This document shows positions 49,107 to 57,605 of a DNA stretch of 64,000 nt, one piece after another (positions within the stretch are counted from its first letter, which is position 1; every line of letters begins with the position of its first letter). Under the pieces are notes generated by a model, which ran no database searches, was not told where the DNA came from, and worked only from the letters and a program-made list of their open reading frames with translations. Origin of the DNA: an uncultured Candidatus Saccharibacteria bacterium (GTDB taxonomy: Bacteria; Patescibacteriota; UBA1384; JAGGWG01; CAZAJM01); the NCBI GenBank assembly GCA_964485625.1, contig CAZAJM010000003.1, positions 6,349 to 70,348 of the forward strand. Reading direction: 5' to 3'. Both the position numbers and the translations under genes were made by a program.

Positions 49107-49813
49107 GTTAGGATATCAGCAAAATCTATGATTTTTGGGTTATCTAGATCCCCAAAATTTGTTGACCAGAAGCCATAGGACGAATGATCTCCAAATTGGC
49201 CCTGTGCTTTCATGCCATGATCTGAGAGTACTAATAACTTATCGACTTTTTTGTTAGCAACCTTGCCAATTTCATCTAGGTCTTGATAGATCATCTTCAT
49301 CAGGCTGTTATTACCAAAACTAAGATGCCCTACTAGATCGGCTAAGCCAAAGTATCCTAATAGAAAATCGTAATCCTTATCCAGACTCTCTAAAAACTCC
49401 TCTTTTATCTCTTTATGGTGATCAAAGGCCAGCTTATTGTACTTTGACCTTATCTCTTCTTTTTTACTACTATCTTCTGTCTCAAAGAAGCTTTTTAGAA
49501 GCTCTCTTTGTTTGTGATGCTGATCTGTATCATAGTTAAATCCCGGCAAATCAATAATATGAGGTTTTTCAAACTTAGAGAAAAATGTTTCTTTCAAAGG
49601 CCACTTGGTATTCCACATCTCTTTATCGCCTTTAGCTAGAATCTCTTCTTCTCTATTCTTCCCTGTCATAAAGCTAGACCAGAGCACCATTGTTCTTGGC
49701 TCACTAAACTCAGAAATATCAGTCTTACCGTAATCAACTTGTTTTAAATTTTCGCTACCGTATTCTTCGACTTTCTTTATCTCTAGCGCGTCAATAGCAA
49801 ATACTACTAACAT
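49103..49813 (-). CDS. alkaline-phosphatase-superfamily (NPP/metalloenzyme-like) protein, short form
   Basis: ADLVGH and LSDHGM motifs resemble the C-terminal metal-binding motifs of iPGM (NPDMVGHTG / TADHGN) and NPP (SDHGM). Only 236 aa, with an atypical N-terminal half. Confidence 0.4.
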   Translation of the reverse strand: MLVVFAIDALEIKKVEEYGSENLKQVDYGKTDISEFSEPRTMVLWSSFMTGKNREEEILAKGDKEMWNTKWPLKETFFSKFEKPHIIDLPGFNYDTDQHHKQRELLKSFFETEDSSKKEEIRSKYNKLAFDHHKEIKEEFLESLDKDYDFLLGYFGLADLVGHLSFGNNSLMKMIYQDLDEIGKVANKKVDKLLVLSDHGMKAQGQFGDHSSYGFWSTNFGDLDNPKIIDFADILT

Positions 49814-49828
49814 AACTTAATTACTTAA

Positions 49829-51091
49829 TTATATTTTAGTGATGATCCCACCGGCCACTGTGTCGCTTCTTTCTAAAACAAATCTACCAAGCTCAGGAAC
49901 CTCATTGAAGTCATCTACCACTATCTCATCGGCTGTCTCAATCTCTACACTGGCAACTTGGCGGTTCTCAATAATCTCCCCACCTTCATTAACAACTTCT
50001 AGAGTAGAGGAGTCAATTATTCTGTCAAACTTAGTAACCTCGGCCATCACAGATTGACTGGCAAGCTTAAATAGAAGACGCTCACCTTTTTTCATCGGCT
50101 CTTTATCCATCCAGAAAAGGTTGGCTTGGATTGTATTGGTAGATTTTGGCCTATCTTTACTATCGCTGATCACGTTACCTCTATCAACAAAAACCTTATC
50201 TTTACTAACTATGCCGATACTATCACCCGCGATAGCTCCATCTATCTCTTCTTTGTACTTAAGCACCTCATTGACTTCTGTCTCTTCTCCGCTAGGCAAG
50301 ATTACCATCTTATCACCTTTCTTTATTACTCCAGAAGAGATTCTACCGGCAATGATGCGCTTATCCCACTTATATACATCTTGAACAGGCAACCTCAAAG
50401 GCTTATTTAACATCGGTTCTTCTATCTCAAACTGGTCTAAAGCTTCCAATACCGTTGGGCCAGAGTACCAGTCGGTTTTTTTAGATTTAACAGCAACGTT
50501 CTCTCCCTCTTTAGCACTAATTGGCACTACTTGTTTTGGCTCTATCTCAATTTTATCTAAAAATTTAGCCAGCTCTTTTTTAACGGCTTTAAATCTACTC
50601 TCCTTGTAATCTACTAGATCCATCTTATTGACTACTACAATTACTTGGTCTAAGCCAAGCATAGAGAGGATATAGGCATGCCGCCTGGTCTGTTCTTGCA
50701 AGCCTTCCTCGGCGTCAACTATTAAGATAGCCGCTTCAGCTTGAGATGCACCCGTAATCATGTTTTTTACAAACTCAACATGACCAGGAGCATCGATAAT
50801 AGTATACTCGCGCTTCTTAGTTCTAAAGAAGGTCTGAGCAGTATCGATAGTAATTCCTTGATCCCTCTCTTCTTGTAAGTGGTCCATGACGTAGCCAAAC
50901 TCCATCTCTTTACCTAAGGCATCACAGATCGACTTAATCTCTTCATACTTCCCTTCAGGAAGAGAATCGGTATCATAGAATAGTCGGCCAATTAAGGTGG
51001 ACTTACCATGATCGACATGACCAGAAAGAACCAGTTTTAGATTTTCATCAACTTTATTTGCTTCCTCAGTTTTAATTTTCTCTTTATTCAT
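49829..51091 (-). CDS. cysN: sulfate adenylyltransferase subunit 1-like GTPase (CysN/NodQ family)
   Basis: [14 protein letters not shown], ...[35 protein letters not shown]... and NKMD align closely to CysN. Confidence 0.8.
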   Translation of the reverse strand: MNKEKIKTEEANKVDENLKLVLSGHVDHGKSTLIGRLFYDTDSLPEGKYEEIKSICDALGKEMEFGYVMDHLQEERDQGITIDTAQTFFRTKKREYTIIDAPGHVEFVKNMITGASQAEAAILIVDAEEGLQEQTRRHAYILSMLGLDQVIVVVNKMDLVDYKESRFKAVKKELAKFLDKIEIEPKQVVPISAKEGENVAVKSKKTDWYSGPTVLEALDQFEIEEPMLNKPLRLPVQDVYKWDKRIIAGRISSGVIKKGDKMVILPSGEETEVNEVLKYKEEIDGAIAGDSIGIVSKDKVFVDRGNVISDSKDRPKSTNTIQANLFWMDKEPMKKGERLLFKLASQSVMAEVTKFDRIIDSSTLEVVNEGGEIIENRQVASVEIETADEIVVDDFNEVPELGRFVLERSDTVAGGIITKI

Positions 51092-51113
51092 AGATATATT
51101 TTTTAATTTTTAA

Positions 51114-53156
51114 CTACATATACCCAAGAGCTCGAAGGTTCTGCATCGCATTGGCCTCTTCTTTGTCTTGAGCTCGACCAGCTCTTTCAGCAGTATGTGA
51201 GGTCTCTACCTCTTCAATTATCTCATCGATATTCTTGGCCTTAGATTCAACCGGGGTAGTACATGGCTCACAGCCCAAAGACCGGAAACGCTTACCCTTA
51301 CTATCGGCAAAGTAGAGGGGATTTACCGGCAGGTCTTCTCGTTTAGTATATTTCCAAATATCAACCTCCGTCCAATGAAGTATTGGGTGAACTCTTAAGT
51401 GCTGCTCGGTCTCTTTTTGAGATTTATACTGATCCCAAAGCTCCGGAGCTTGGTTTTTATAGTCCCATCGAAAATCCTTGTTTCTGGGAGAATTATGGAC
51501 AGCAATTCCTTCAGCAAGGTATGAATGATGGTCATCTACCTTAAGGTCATAGACCATGCCTTCATAATTTATCTCATGAATATCTCTGATTGGAACCCAA
51601 AAACCACCTGTTCTGGCTTTACCAATATTGGCATAATCATTCCCAGAATTAATTTCATCAATTTCCTGAATTAGTTTTTTGAATCGATTTGTGTAATTAA
51701 CATTACTAGTAATCCCAAATAAATTGTAAAAACGTTCTTTACTATTTCCAACAACTCTAACCTGGTAACGTCCATCTTTTTGCTTGGAAACTGAGGTCAT
51801 TATACCAAGCCTTAGTAGTGCTAAGTTAATTTGCTTAGATAGCTGACTGGAAAATGTTGTGTATGTTTCTTTATGTCCATCTCCAAGCCAACACCCCTTA
51901 ATCAATTGAATTAAATTAACATTTGACAATTTAGTGTAAAAATATGGGAGCTTTTTATTACGTGCCCCTTTCCCACATAACTTAGAGAAGAGGAGCATTA
52001 ACGTCTTATTACTAAAAAGAACGTTATAACAATTGCCTCTATCTCTAATTTTCGCTTTGATGCCAAAGTGCTTACTAACAATATCATTAACATCATTAGC
52101 AAAGGATTTTTCATTTTTACCAAAAGCGAACTCAAATTGATTACTAGAATAATTACTACTTCCTTCGGCAATATATAGCCCTAGGAGCCTCATGATTTCC
52201 TTGTTGACAGGCAAGGATCTTCTAATATCTGGAGAATTACTATGGGAAGATTTCCAACTAATTTTCTTTTTATTAACAAGCAAGCCTTTATGCTTACCAA
52301 TGACATCACATATATCAATAAACTTGGGACTATTGTGGCCATCTTGAGGTTTCTTTGCTAATTTTGGAATGAATAAAAAATCTCCCTTTTCTAAAGTTGA
52401 CGCAGAAGTCCATACCATTCTTCTTCTACCGGCAATTGGCAAATCAATATCACGAGTTACACCATCAAATCCCTTAGAAGTTACAGTTACAACTTTCTTA
52501 ACAGGAGCTTTCACTTTTGCCAAAACCGCATGATTAGGAGTCATAGATAGCTCCTTGCCATAAGGAGTTTTGACTTTCAATAACTTCCCTTTATGTTTTC
52601 TTGATGATATATCTTGAACTTCTTTCAAAGAACCTAAATGCGTATAAACCTTATCGCCTCTCCTAATTTTTTCTATAGGCTTAGTTTTTTCTCCATAAAT
52701 TGTAGTCCCCCTTGGAAAACAAAAGGTTCTCTCCTTCGCGCGAACTCCATGCTCATCTCGCCTAATTCCAAGGAGTAGAGCATCAAACTTATGCTCATCG
52801 ATTGTCTGCTTTAGAGCCTCTGTCTTTCTCATACCACAGCACTTAAGCTTGTCTTTAGGCCCGATTCCTTGCTTATCAGCCTCGTCGTTTTTTGAGACTA
52901 TTAGATCCAGATCCCATTTCTTAACGCATTCATCTCGAAAGTCATACATTTCTTGAAAATGCTTACCCGTATCGATATAGATGACGGGAAAAGGCACCTT
53001 ACCAAAGAAAGCTTTCTTTACCAACCAGAGCATAGTGGTCGAGTCTTTGCCTATCGACCAGAGCATGCCCATCTTCTTGTAATTAGCAAATGCCTCTCTG
53101 ATAATGTAGATCGATTTGCTCTCTAATTTGTCCAAGTGAGTTAACTTCTTCTTCAT
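51114..53156 (-). CDS. cysD: sulfate adenylyltransferase subunit 2 (CysD, PAPS-reductase-like) interrupted by an in-frame intein
   Basis: N-extein ...LWSIGKDSTTMLWL...GIRRDEHGVRAKERTF and C-extein SPRNKDFRWDYKNQAPELW...RSLGCEPCT... align collinearly with CysD. 410 intervening residues have intein features. Confidence 0.85.
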   Translation of the reverse strand: MKKKLTHLDKLESKSIYIIREAFANYKKMGMLWSIGKDSTTMLWLVKKAFFGKVPFPVIYIDTGKHFQEMYDFRDECVKKWDLDLIVSKNDEADKQGIGPKDKLKCCGMRKTEALKQTIDEHKFDALLLGIRRDEHGVRAKERTFCFPRGTTIYGEKTKPIEKIRRGDKVYTHLGSLKEVQDISSRKHKGKLLKVKTPYGKELSMTPNHAVLAKVKAPVKKVVTVTSKGFDGVTRDIDLPIAGRRRMVWTSASTLEKGDFLFIPKLAKKPQDGHNSPKFIDICDVIGKHKGLLVNKKKISWKSSHSNSPDIRRSLPVNKEIMRLLGLYIAEGSSNYSSNQFEFAFGKNEKSFANDVNDIVSKHFGIKAKIRDRGNCYNVLFSNKTLMLLFSKLCGKGARNKKLPYFYTKLSNVNLIQLIKGCWLGDGHKETYTTFSSQLSKQINLALLRLGIMTSVSKQKDGRYQVRVVGNSKERFYNLFGITSNVNYTNRFKKLIQEIDEINSGNDYANIGKARTGGFWVPIRDIHEINYEGMVYDLKVDDHHSYLAEGIAVHNSPRNKDFRWDYKNQAPELWDQYKSQKETEQHLRVHPILHWTEVDIWKYTKREDLPVNPLYFADSKGKRFRSLGCEPCTTPVESKAKNIDEIIEEVETSHTAERAGRAQDKEEANAMQNLRALGYM
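51492..52721 (-). mobile_element. intein (Hint domain plus LAGLIDADG homing endonuclease) within cysD
   Basis: Starts with Cys (CFPRGTTIYG), block B TPNHAVL, LAGLIDADG-like LLGLYIAEGS and LIKGCWLGDGH. Ends ...AVHN followed by +1 Ser. The spliced junction RAKERTF|SPRNKDFRWD matches the E. coli CysD [17 protein letters not shown] region. Confidence 0.85.
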
Positions 53157-53175
53157 TATTAAATATATTAATTAT

Positions 53176-53388
53176 TTACAAATAGCCAAGTTCCTTTAGT
53201 CTTTTCTTAACGCTCTCAATCTCACCTTTAGTCAGTTTAATATCCTGATCAATTGGGCCACTACCGGCAATATCTCGTAAGACAAAGACGATAAACTCCG
53301 TAACAGAAGAGAAACCGGTCTCTTCGATCTGATCCTTAAGAGAATTATATAACTGCTTGGGAATCTTAATTGTCGCTTTATCACTCAT
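53176..53388 (-). CDS. ribbon-helix-helix (CopG/NikR-like) DNA-binding protein
   Basis: 70 aa. ...TIKIPKQLYNSLKDQIEETGFSSVTEFIVFVLRDI... fits an RHH beta-alpha-alpha pattern. Lies directly upstream of cysD. Confidence 0.45.
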   Translation of the reverse strand: MSDKATIKIPKQLYNSLKDQIEETGFSSVTEFIVFVLRDIAGSGPIDQDIKLTKGEIESVKKRLKELGYL

Positions 53389-53490
53389 TTTTATCCACAG
53401 ATTAATATACTATTAAGACTACAATTAGTATACTGTATCTAAAATAAAAAAGAAAGCAATAAGCCTAAAATTAATTAAGCTAACAGCCTT

Positions 53491-54291
53491 CTAGACGGTT
53501 ATAGTTTGTTGATTTAAGATAGATTCTATCATGGCTTCACAGACTTTAGTAATATCATTAATTTGATATCTAGATGCATTTCTCTTGATAGTTCTAATTT
53601 GATCCAAGTCAACAGGATCTCTCTCAGTGAGTTCAATAAGTTTCTCAAAAACACTTCTGGCTTGTTGATCATTCAACCGATCTGTATTACTTACTAAAAT
53701 CAGATAATCTTCAAACTCGTCTGCTAACATCCACATTATTTCAAAGATAACTCCCGAAAGATTGTCTTGGTATCCAAAATCTGTTTCAAAAAACTTAGCC
53801 GTTTCAAAGTCACGACAATACTTAGCAATTCTTTGAGTAATGTCTAATTGATCAGGACAAAGAGCAATCATCCGCTGTAATTCTATATAATAACAAGCTA
53901 ACATTTTCATTGTTTCCTCATCTCTACCAGCCTCTCTGAGAGTCCAATTCAAATTCCTTACCCAATACCAAAGATTAGTCCGGTTTCTCATTATTCCATA
54001 AACCTCTTCTCTTAATTCTTCTGTCATCTCTTCCATACTATTACAGAAAACTACCATCTCTCTTAAAACATCAAAAGGAATTCTTCTTCTTATTTTATTA
54101 GGCAACTTATACCAAGAGCTAACTGCGGCTTGAGCCATATTATCATTATGGTGAGGAATTACACTTTGGAAAAAATCTTTAATGACAAAATCTTCCCAAT
54201 TCGCCTTACCAAATTTTAACCTCCACCATCTTTTAACATCATCTATAAAATCCGACCATCCCCCAAAGAGAAGTTTGCTCTTCATGATCAT
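53491..54291 (-). CDS. hypothetical protein (Trp-rich, predicted all-alpha)
   Basis: 266 aa. No recognisable motif. Confidence 0.45.
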   Translation of the reverse strand: MIMKSKLLFGGWSDFIDDVKRWWRLKFGKANWEDFVIKDFFQSVIPHHNDNMAQAAVSSWYKLPNKIRRRIPFDVLREMVVFCNSMEEMTEELREEVYGIMRNRTNLWYWVRNLNWTLREAGRDEETMKMLACYYIELQRMIALCPDQLDITQRIAKYCRDFETAKFFETDFGYQDNLSGVIFEIMWMLADEFEDYLILVSNTDRLNDQQARSVFEKLIELTERDPVDLDQIRTIKRNASRYQINDITKVCEAMIESILNQQTITV

Positions 54292-54351
54292 ATTTTACAC
54301 TCCGTGGATCATGATAGGTGCAATACTGCTAATAAGATTATCAAATAGTTA

Positions 54352-55470
54352 TTAGTTATTCAATTCTAGATCAATCTCTTTAGCAATCTGTAGCTCCTCA
54401 TTAGTCTTAAGGTGTGTTATCTTAGTGCCTTTTAAAATGTGTTTTAGATCTCTGGTAATCTTCTCTCTAATCACACTCGAACCACTACCAATTGAACCAC
54501 TAAATACTAGTCCATCTAACTTGGTAAGTGCCGCTGTATATGCCCCAATATATTTCTTTACCCTGTAAACAAACATCTTTAGAGCCAATTTAGCTAGCTT
54601 AATATCCTCCTCTTGGCAATCATCAAAGCCTTTCGGCTGGTAGTTATCATCTTCTACTTTCTCTCCTGCCAAGAAAAGTATATCTCTCATGTCGCCTCTA
54701 CCGGCAACTGCCTTTAGTCCCGAGTCGTTATTAAGTAGATTGTCAATCTGTTCGGTAGTCATCTCTTCTTCTTTCTCTAAATATGTTATTATCCCTGGGT
54801 CGATATCACCCGGTCTGGTCTGCATCATCAACCCCTCTAATGGAGTAAAGCCCATCGAAGTGTCGATAGGTGAACCGTTTTTATGAGCAGAAATTGAACT
54901 TCCTGCCCCCAGATGAGCGGTAATAATATTAGAGCTAGTTAGGTTTAGATTTAATTTTTCTGCCCCCTTGCTTGCTAAGTACTTGTGAGAAATTCCATGA
55001 AAGCCATAACGTCTGATTTTATTTTGCTGATAATATTTTAGAGGAATTGGGTAGAGCTTGGTTAGCTCAGGTAGATCACTAAAGTAGGCCGTATCAAAAA
55101 CAGCCCATTGAGAGATAGAACTGTCTAATGCGTTAATTGCCTTAACTAGTTCTAGCTGATGAGGATTATGAAGAGGAGCCAGCTTACTATACTCCTCAAT
55201 TTTTTCTAGGCTCTCCTTGTTAAGCTCTGTGGGCAGAACGAACTCCTCTCCACCATGGACTATTCGATGACCAATAATATCAACTTTGGCTAATTCCAAA
55301 CTATTATCTTCAATCAATTTTTCTAGAGCTTCGCGGTGATTTTTTATCTGACTACCTATTCGATCGACTTGCCCACTTCTTAACTCTTTGAAATTGCCTC
55401 TATCATTACTAAACAGCTTAAACTTAATTGAGGACGAACCAGCGTTGAAAACAAGGTACTGTTTTGCCAT
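54352..55470 (-). CDS. ackA: acetate (acyl) kinase
   Basis: N-terminal LVFNAGSSSIKFKLF, with the HGISHKYLA and acetokinase motifs. Confidence 0.85.
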   Translation of the reverse strand: MAKQYLVFNAGSSSIKFKLFSNDRGNFKELRSGQVDRIGSQIKNHREALEKLIEDNSLELAKVDIIGHRIVHGGEEFVLPTELNKESLEKIEEYSKLAPLHNPHQLELVKAINALDSSISQWAVFDTAYFSDLPELTKLYPIPLKYYQQNKIRRYGFHGISHKYLASKGAEKLNLNLTSSNIITAHLGAGSSISAHKNGSPIDTSMGFTPLEGLMMQTRPGDIDPGIITYLEKEEEMTTEQIDNLLNNDSGLKAVAGRGDMRDILFLAGEKVEDDNYQPKGFDDCQEEDIKLAKLALKMFVYRVKKYIGAYTAALTKLDGLVFSGSIGSGSSVIREKITRDLKHILKGTKITHLKTNEELQIAKEIDLELNN

Positions 55471-55477
55471 AAATTAC

Positions 55478-56053
55478 TTAGTTAATTAATATTTCTCCCT
55501 CTCCCTCTTTCTCTATCCCGGCAGCATTGGCCTCATCTGTATCTATATGCATACTCTTATCATACTCCTCATTAATCCTTACTAGAACGTTCTTAAAAAC
55601 TAGACCTCGTTTGCCTTTCACCTCCACCTCAACCTTACTCTGGTTTTCAATACCAATCTCTTCAGCTTGCTCAGGGTTTATATGAATATGGCGATGAGGA
55701 ATAATAGCGGCCCTTACTTCAACCTTACCTTCCGAACCAACTATTGTGATCTTACCCGGTCTGACATTTTCGTCGTTTACAGATTTCTCAATTGGTGCCT
55801 CAATTCCTAGCTTGATGGCATCGGTCTTCGAGATCTCTACTTGAGTCTTTTCCCGAGTTGGACCAACAACTGCTACATTCTCAATAACTGAGCTAGGACC
55901 TTTAATAGTCAATCTTTCCTCACAAACATACTGGCCCGGTTGATCGATCATTCTTTTTTTAGTTAGACTCTGATTTTTACCCAAAACCTTTTCTAGATCA
56001 ACTTTTGAGAGATGGATGTGTCTGGCAGATGTTTTAATGCTAATTTTATCCAT
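55478..56053 (-). CDS. pduL: PduL-type phosphate acyltransferase (phosphotransacetylase, PTAC family)
   Basis: Two repeats with ARHIHLS / PHRHIHIN and HIDTDEANAAG, typical of PduL. Confidence 0.7.
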   Translation of the reverse strand: MDKISIKTSARHIHLSKVDLEKVLGKNQSLTKKRMIDQPGQYVCEERLTIKGPSSVIENVAVVGPTREKTQVEISKTDAIKLGIEAPIEKSVNDENVRPGKITIVGSEGKVEVRAAIIPHRHIHINPEQAEEIGIENQSKVEVEVKGKRGLVFKNVLVRINEEYDKSMHIDTDEANAAGIEKEGEGEILIN

Positions 56054-57605
56054 GATGATTATTATTATTTATATAGAAGTGTTCATCTTTTATTTCACTA
56101 GGCATATCCAAGCCAAGCTCATTGATAATGATATTAGCCACTCCGGCAATACTGCCTCCTGACTTAAGGGCTTTTTCAGAATGATTAACTAAAATAAAAG
56201 GAACTTGATTGTTAGTATGTTCGGTATGGGGCTGACCAGTCTTTCTATCTATCATCTCCTCGGCATTGCCATGATCGGCAGTAACTAATATTGTTTCATT
56301 CTCGCCAATATTTTCCAATATCCGACCAAGTTGTTTATCGACAAATTCAACTGCCTTAATAACGGCATCTATCTTACCGGTATGTCCAACCATATCCGGA
56401 TTGGCAAAGTTAGCTAAGGTAAAACGATATTTGCCAGATTTTTCTGCCTTAAGTAGCTCATCACAGACCTTTTTGGCATTCATCTCCGGTTTTTGGTCGT
56501 AGGTCTCTACTTTGGGGGAGGGTATTAAAACTCTATCCTCATTCTTATAGGGCTCCTCAATCATACCATTAAAAAAGTAAGTTACGTGAGCATATTTTTC
56601 AGTCTCTGCTATGTGAAACTGTCTCATCCCAGCCTGGTCAATTAGTTTAGCCAATGGATTTCCAATTTTTTTAGTTGGGAAAGCCGAGCGGTATGGTAGA
56701 TGCTGATCGTAAGTTTTGTAAGGGACCATAGAGACAAAGAAGAGCTCCTTTAAAAACTTCTCTCGATCGTATTTCAAATCAGGATCGATAAAGAAACTTG
56801 TTAGTTGTCTGGCTCTATCTGAACGGAAGTTAAGAAAGACTACACTATCACCATCTTCAACCACTCCCTGCTGATTGATTACTGTTGGCCTAATATACTG
56901 ATCTGTCTTACCGCCCCGATAACTTTTGCCAATTGCTTTTAAAGCGCTATTACTTTTGTTTCCTCTGCCAGAGACCATCGCCTGGTAAGCCAAGTTGGTC
57001 CGCTCTAGGTTATTGTCCCTATCCATGGCATAGTATCTACCAGAAACTGAGGCGACTTTGACATTTTCTTTCATGCCCAAATCCTCAATTTTTTCGATTA
57101 ATTTAGAGACGAAGGTCTGAGCCGAACTGGGGGGCGAGTCTCTGCCATCAGTTATTAAGTGTAAATAAACATTACTAACATCCTCTTTTTTGAGCATCTC
57201 CAGTAGGGCATAGAAATGATTAATATGAGAGTGAATCCCACCATCGGAAAGCAAGCCAATAATCTGAAACTTGGATTTCTCTTCTTCTTGATGCTTAATA
57301 GCATTTAAAATCTGCTCATTACTAAAAAAACTTCTATCCTCAACTGCACCATTGATCCGAGAAACATCTTGGGGAATAATCCTGCCGGCCCCCAATGTCA
57401 TATGACCAACTTCAGAGTTACCCATCTCATCTCCAGGCAGACCAACAAACTGGCCACTTGCCTCAAGGGTGGTGTGGGGATATTTTCTCCAAGCCCAATC
57501 AAAGTTAGGTGTTCTAGCCTCACTAATAGCGTTACCACCCCAGGCCGGAGAGTAGCCCCAACCATCTAGAATTACTAATTTTACACAGCGTTCACTTTTA
57601 TTCAT
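56046..57605 (-). CDS. gpmI: 2,3-bisphosphoglycerate-independent phosphoglycerate mutase, paralog 1
   Basis: GNSEVGH (Ser nucleophile), GGIHSH, NPDMVGHTG and TADHGNAE motifs. Confidence 0.85.
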   Translation of the reverse strand: MNKSERCVKLVILDGWGYSPAWGGNAISEARTPNFDWAWRKYPHTTLEASGQFVGLPGDEMGNSEVGHMTLGAGRIIPQDVSRINGAVEDRSFFSNEQILNAIKHQEEEKSKFQIIGLLSDGGIHSHINHFYALLEMLKKEDVSNVYLHLITDGRDSPPSSAQTFVSKLIEKIEDLGMKENVKVASVSGRYYAMDRDNNLERTNLAYQAMVSGRGNKSNSALKAIGKSYRGGKTDQYIRPTVINQQGVVEDGDSVVFLNFRSDRARQLTSFFIDPDLKYDREKFLKELFFVSMVPYKTYDQHLPYRSAFPTKKIGNPLAKLIDQAGMRQFHIAETEKYAHVTYFFNGMIEEPYKNEDRVLIPSPKVETYDQKPEMNAKKVCDELLKAEKSGKYRFTLANFANPDMVGHTGKIDAVIKAVEFVDKQLGRILENIGENETILVTADHGNAEEMIDRKTGQPHTEHTNNQVPFILVNHSEKALKSGGSIAGVANIIINELGLDMPSEIKDEHFYINNNNHHG

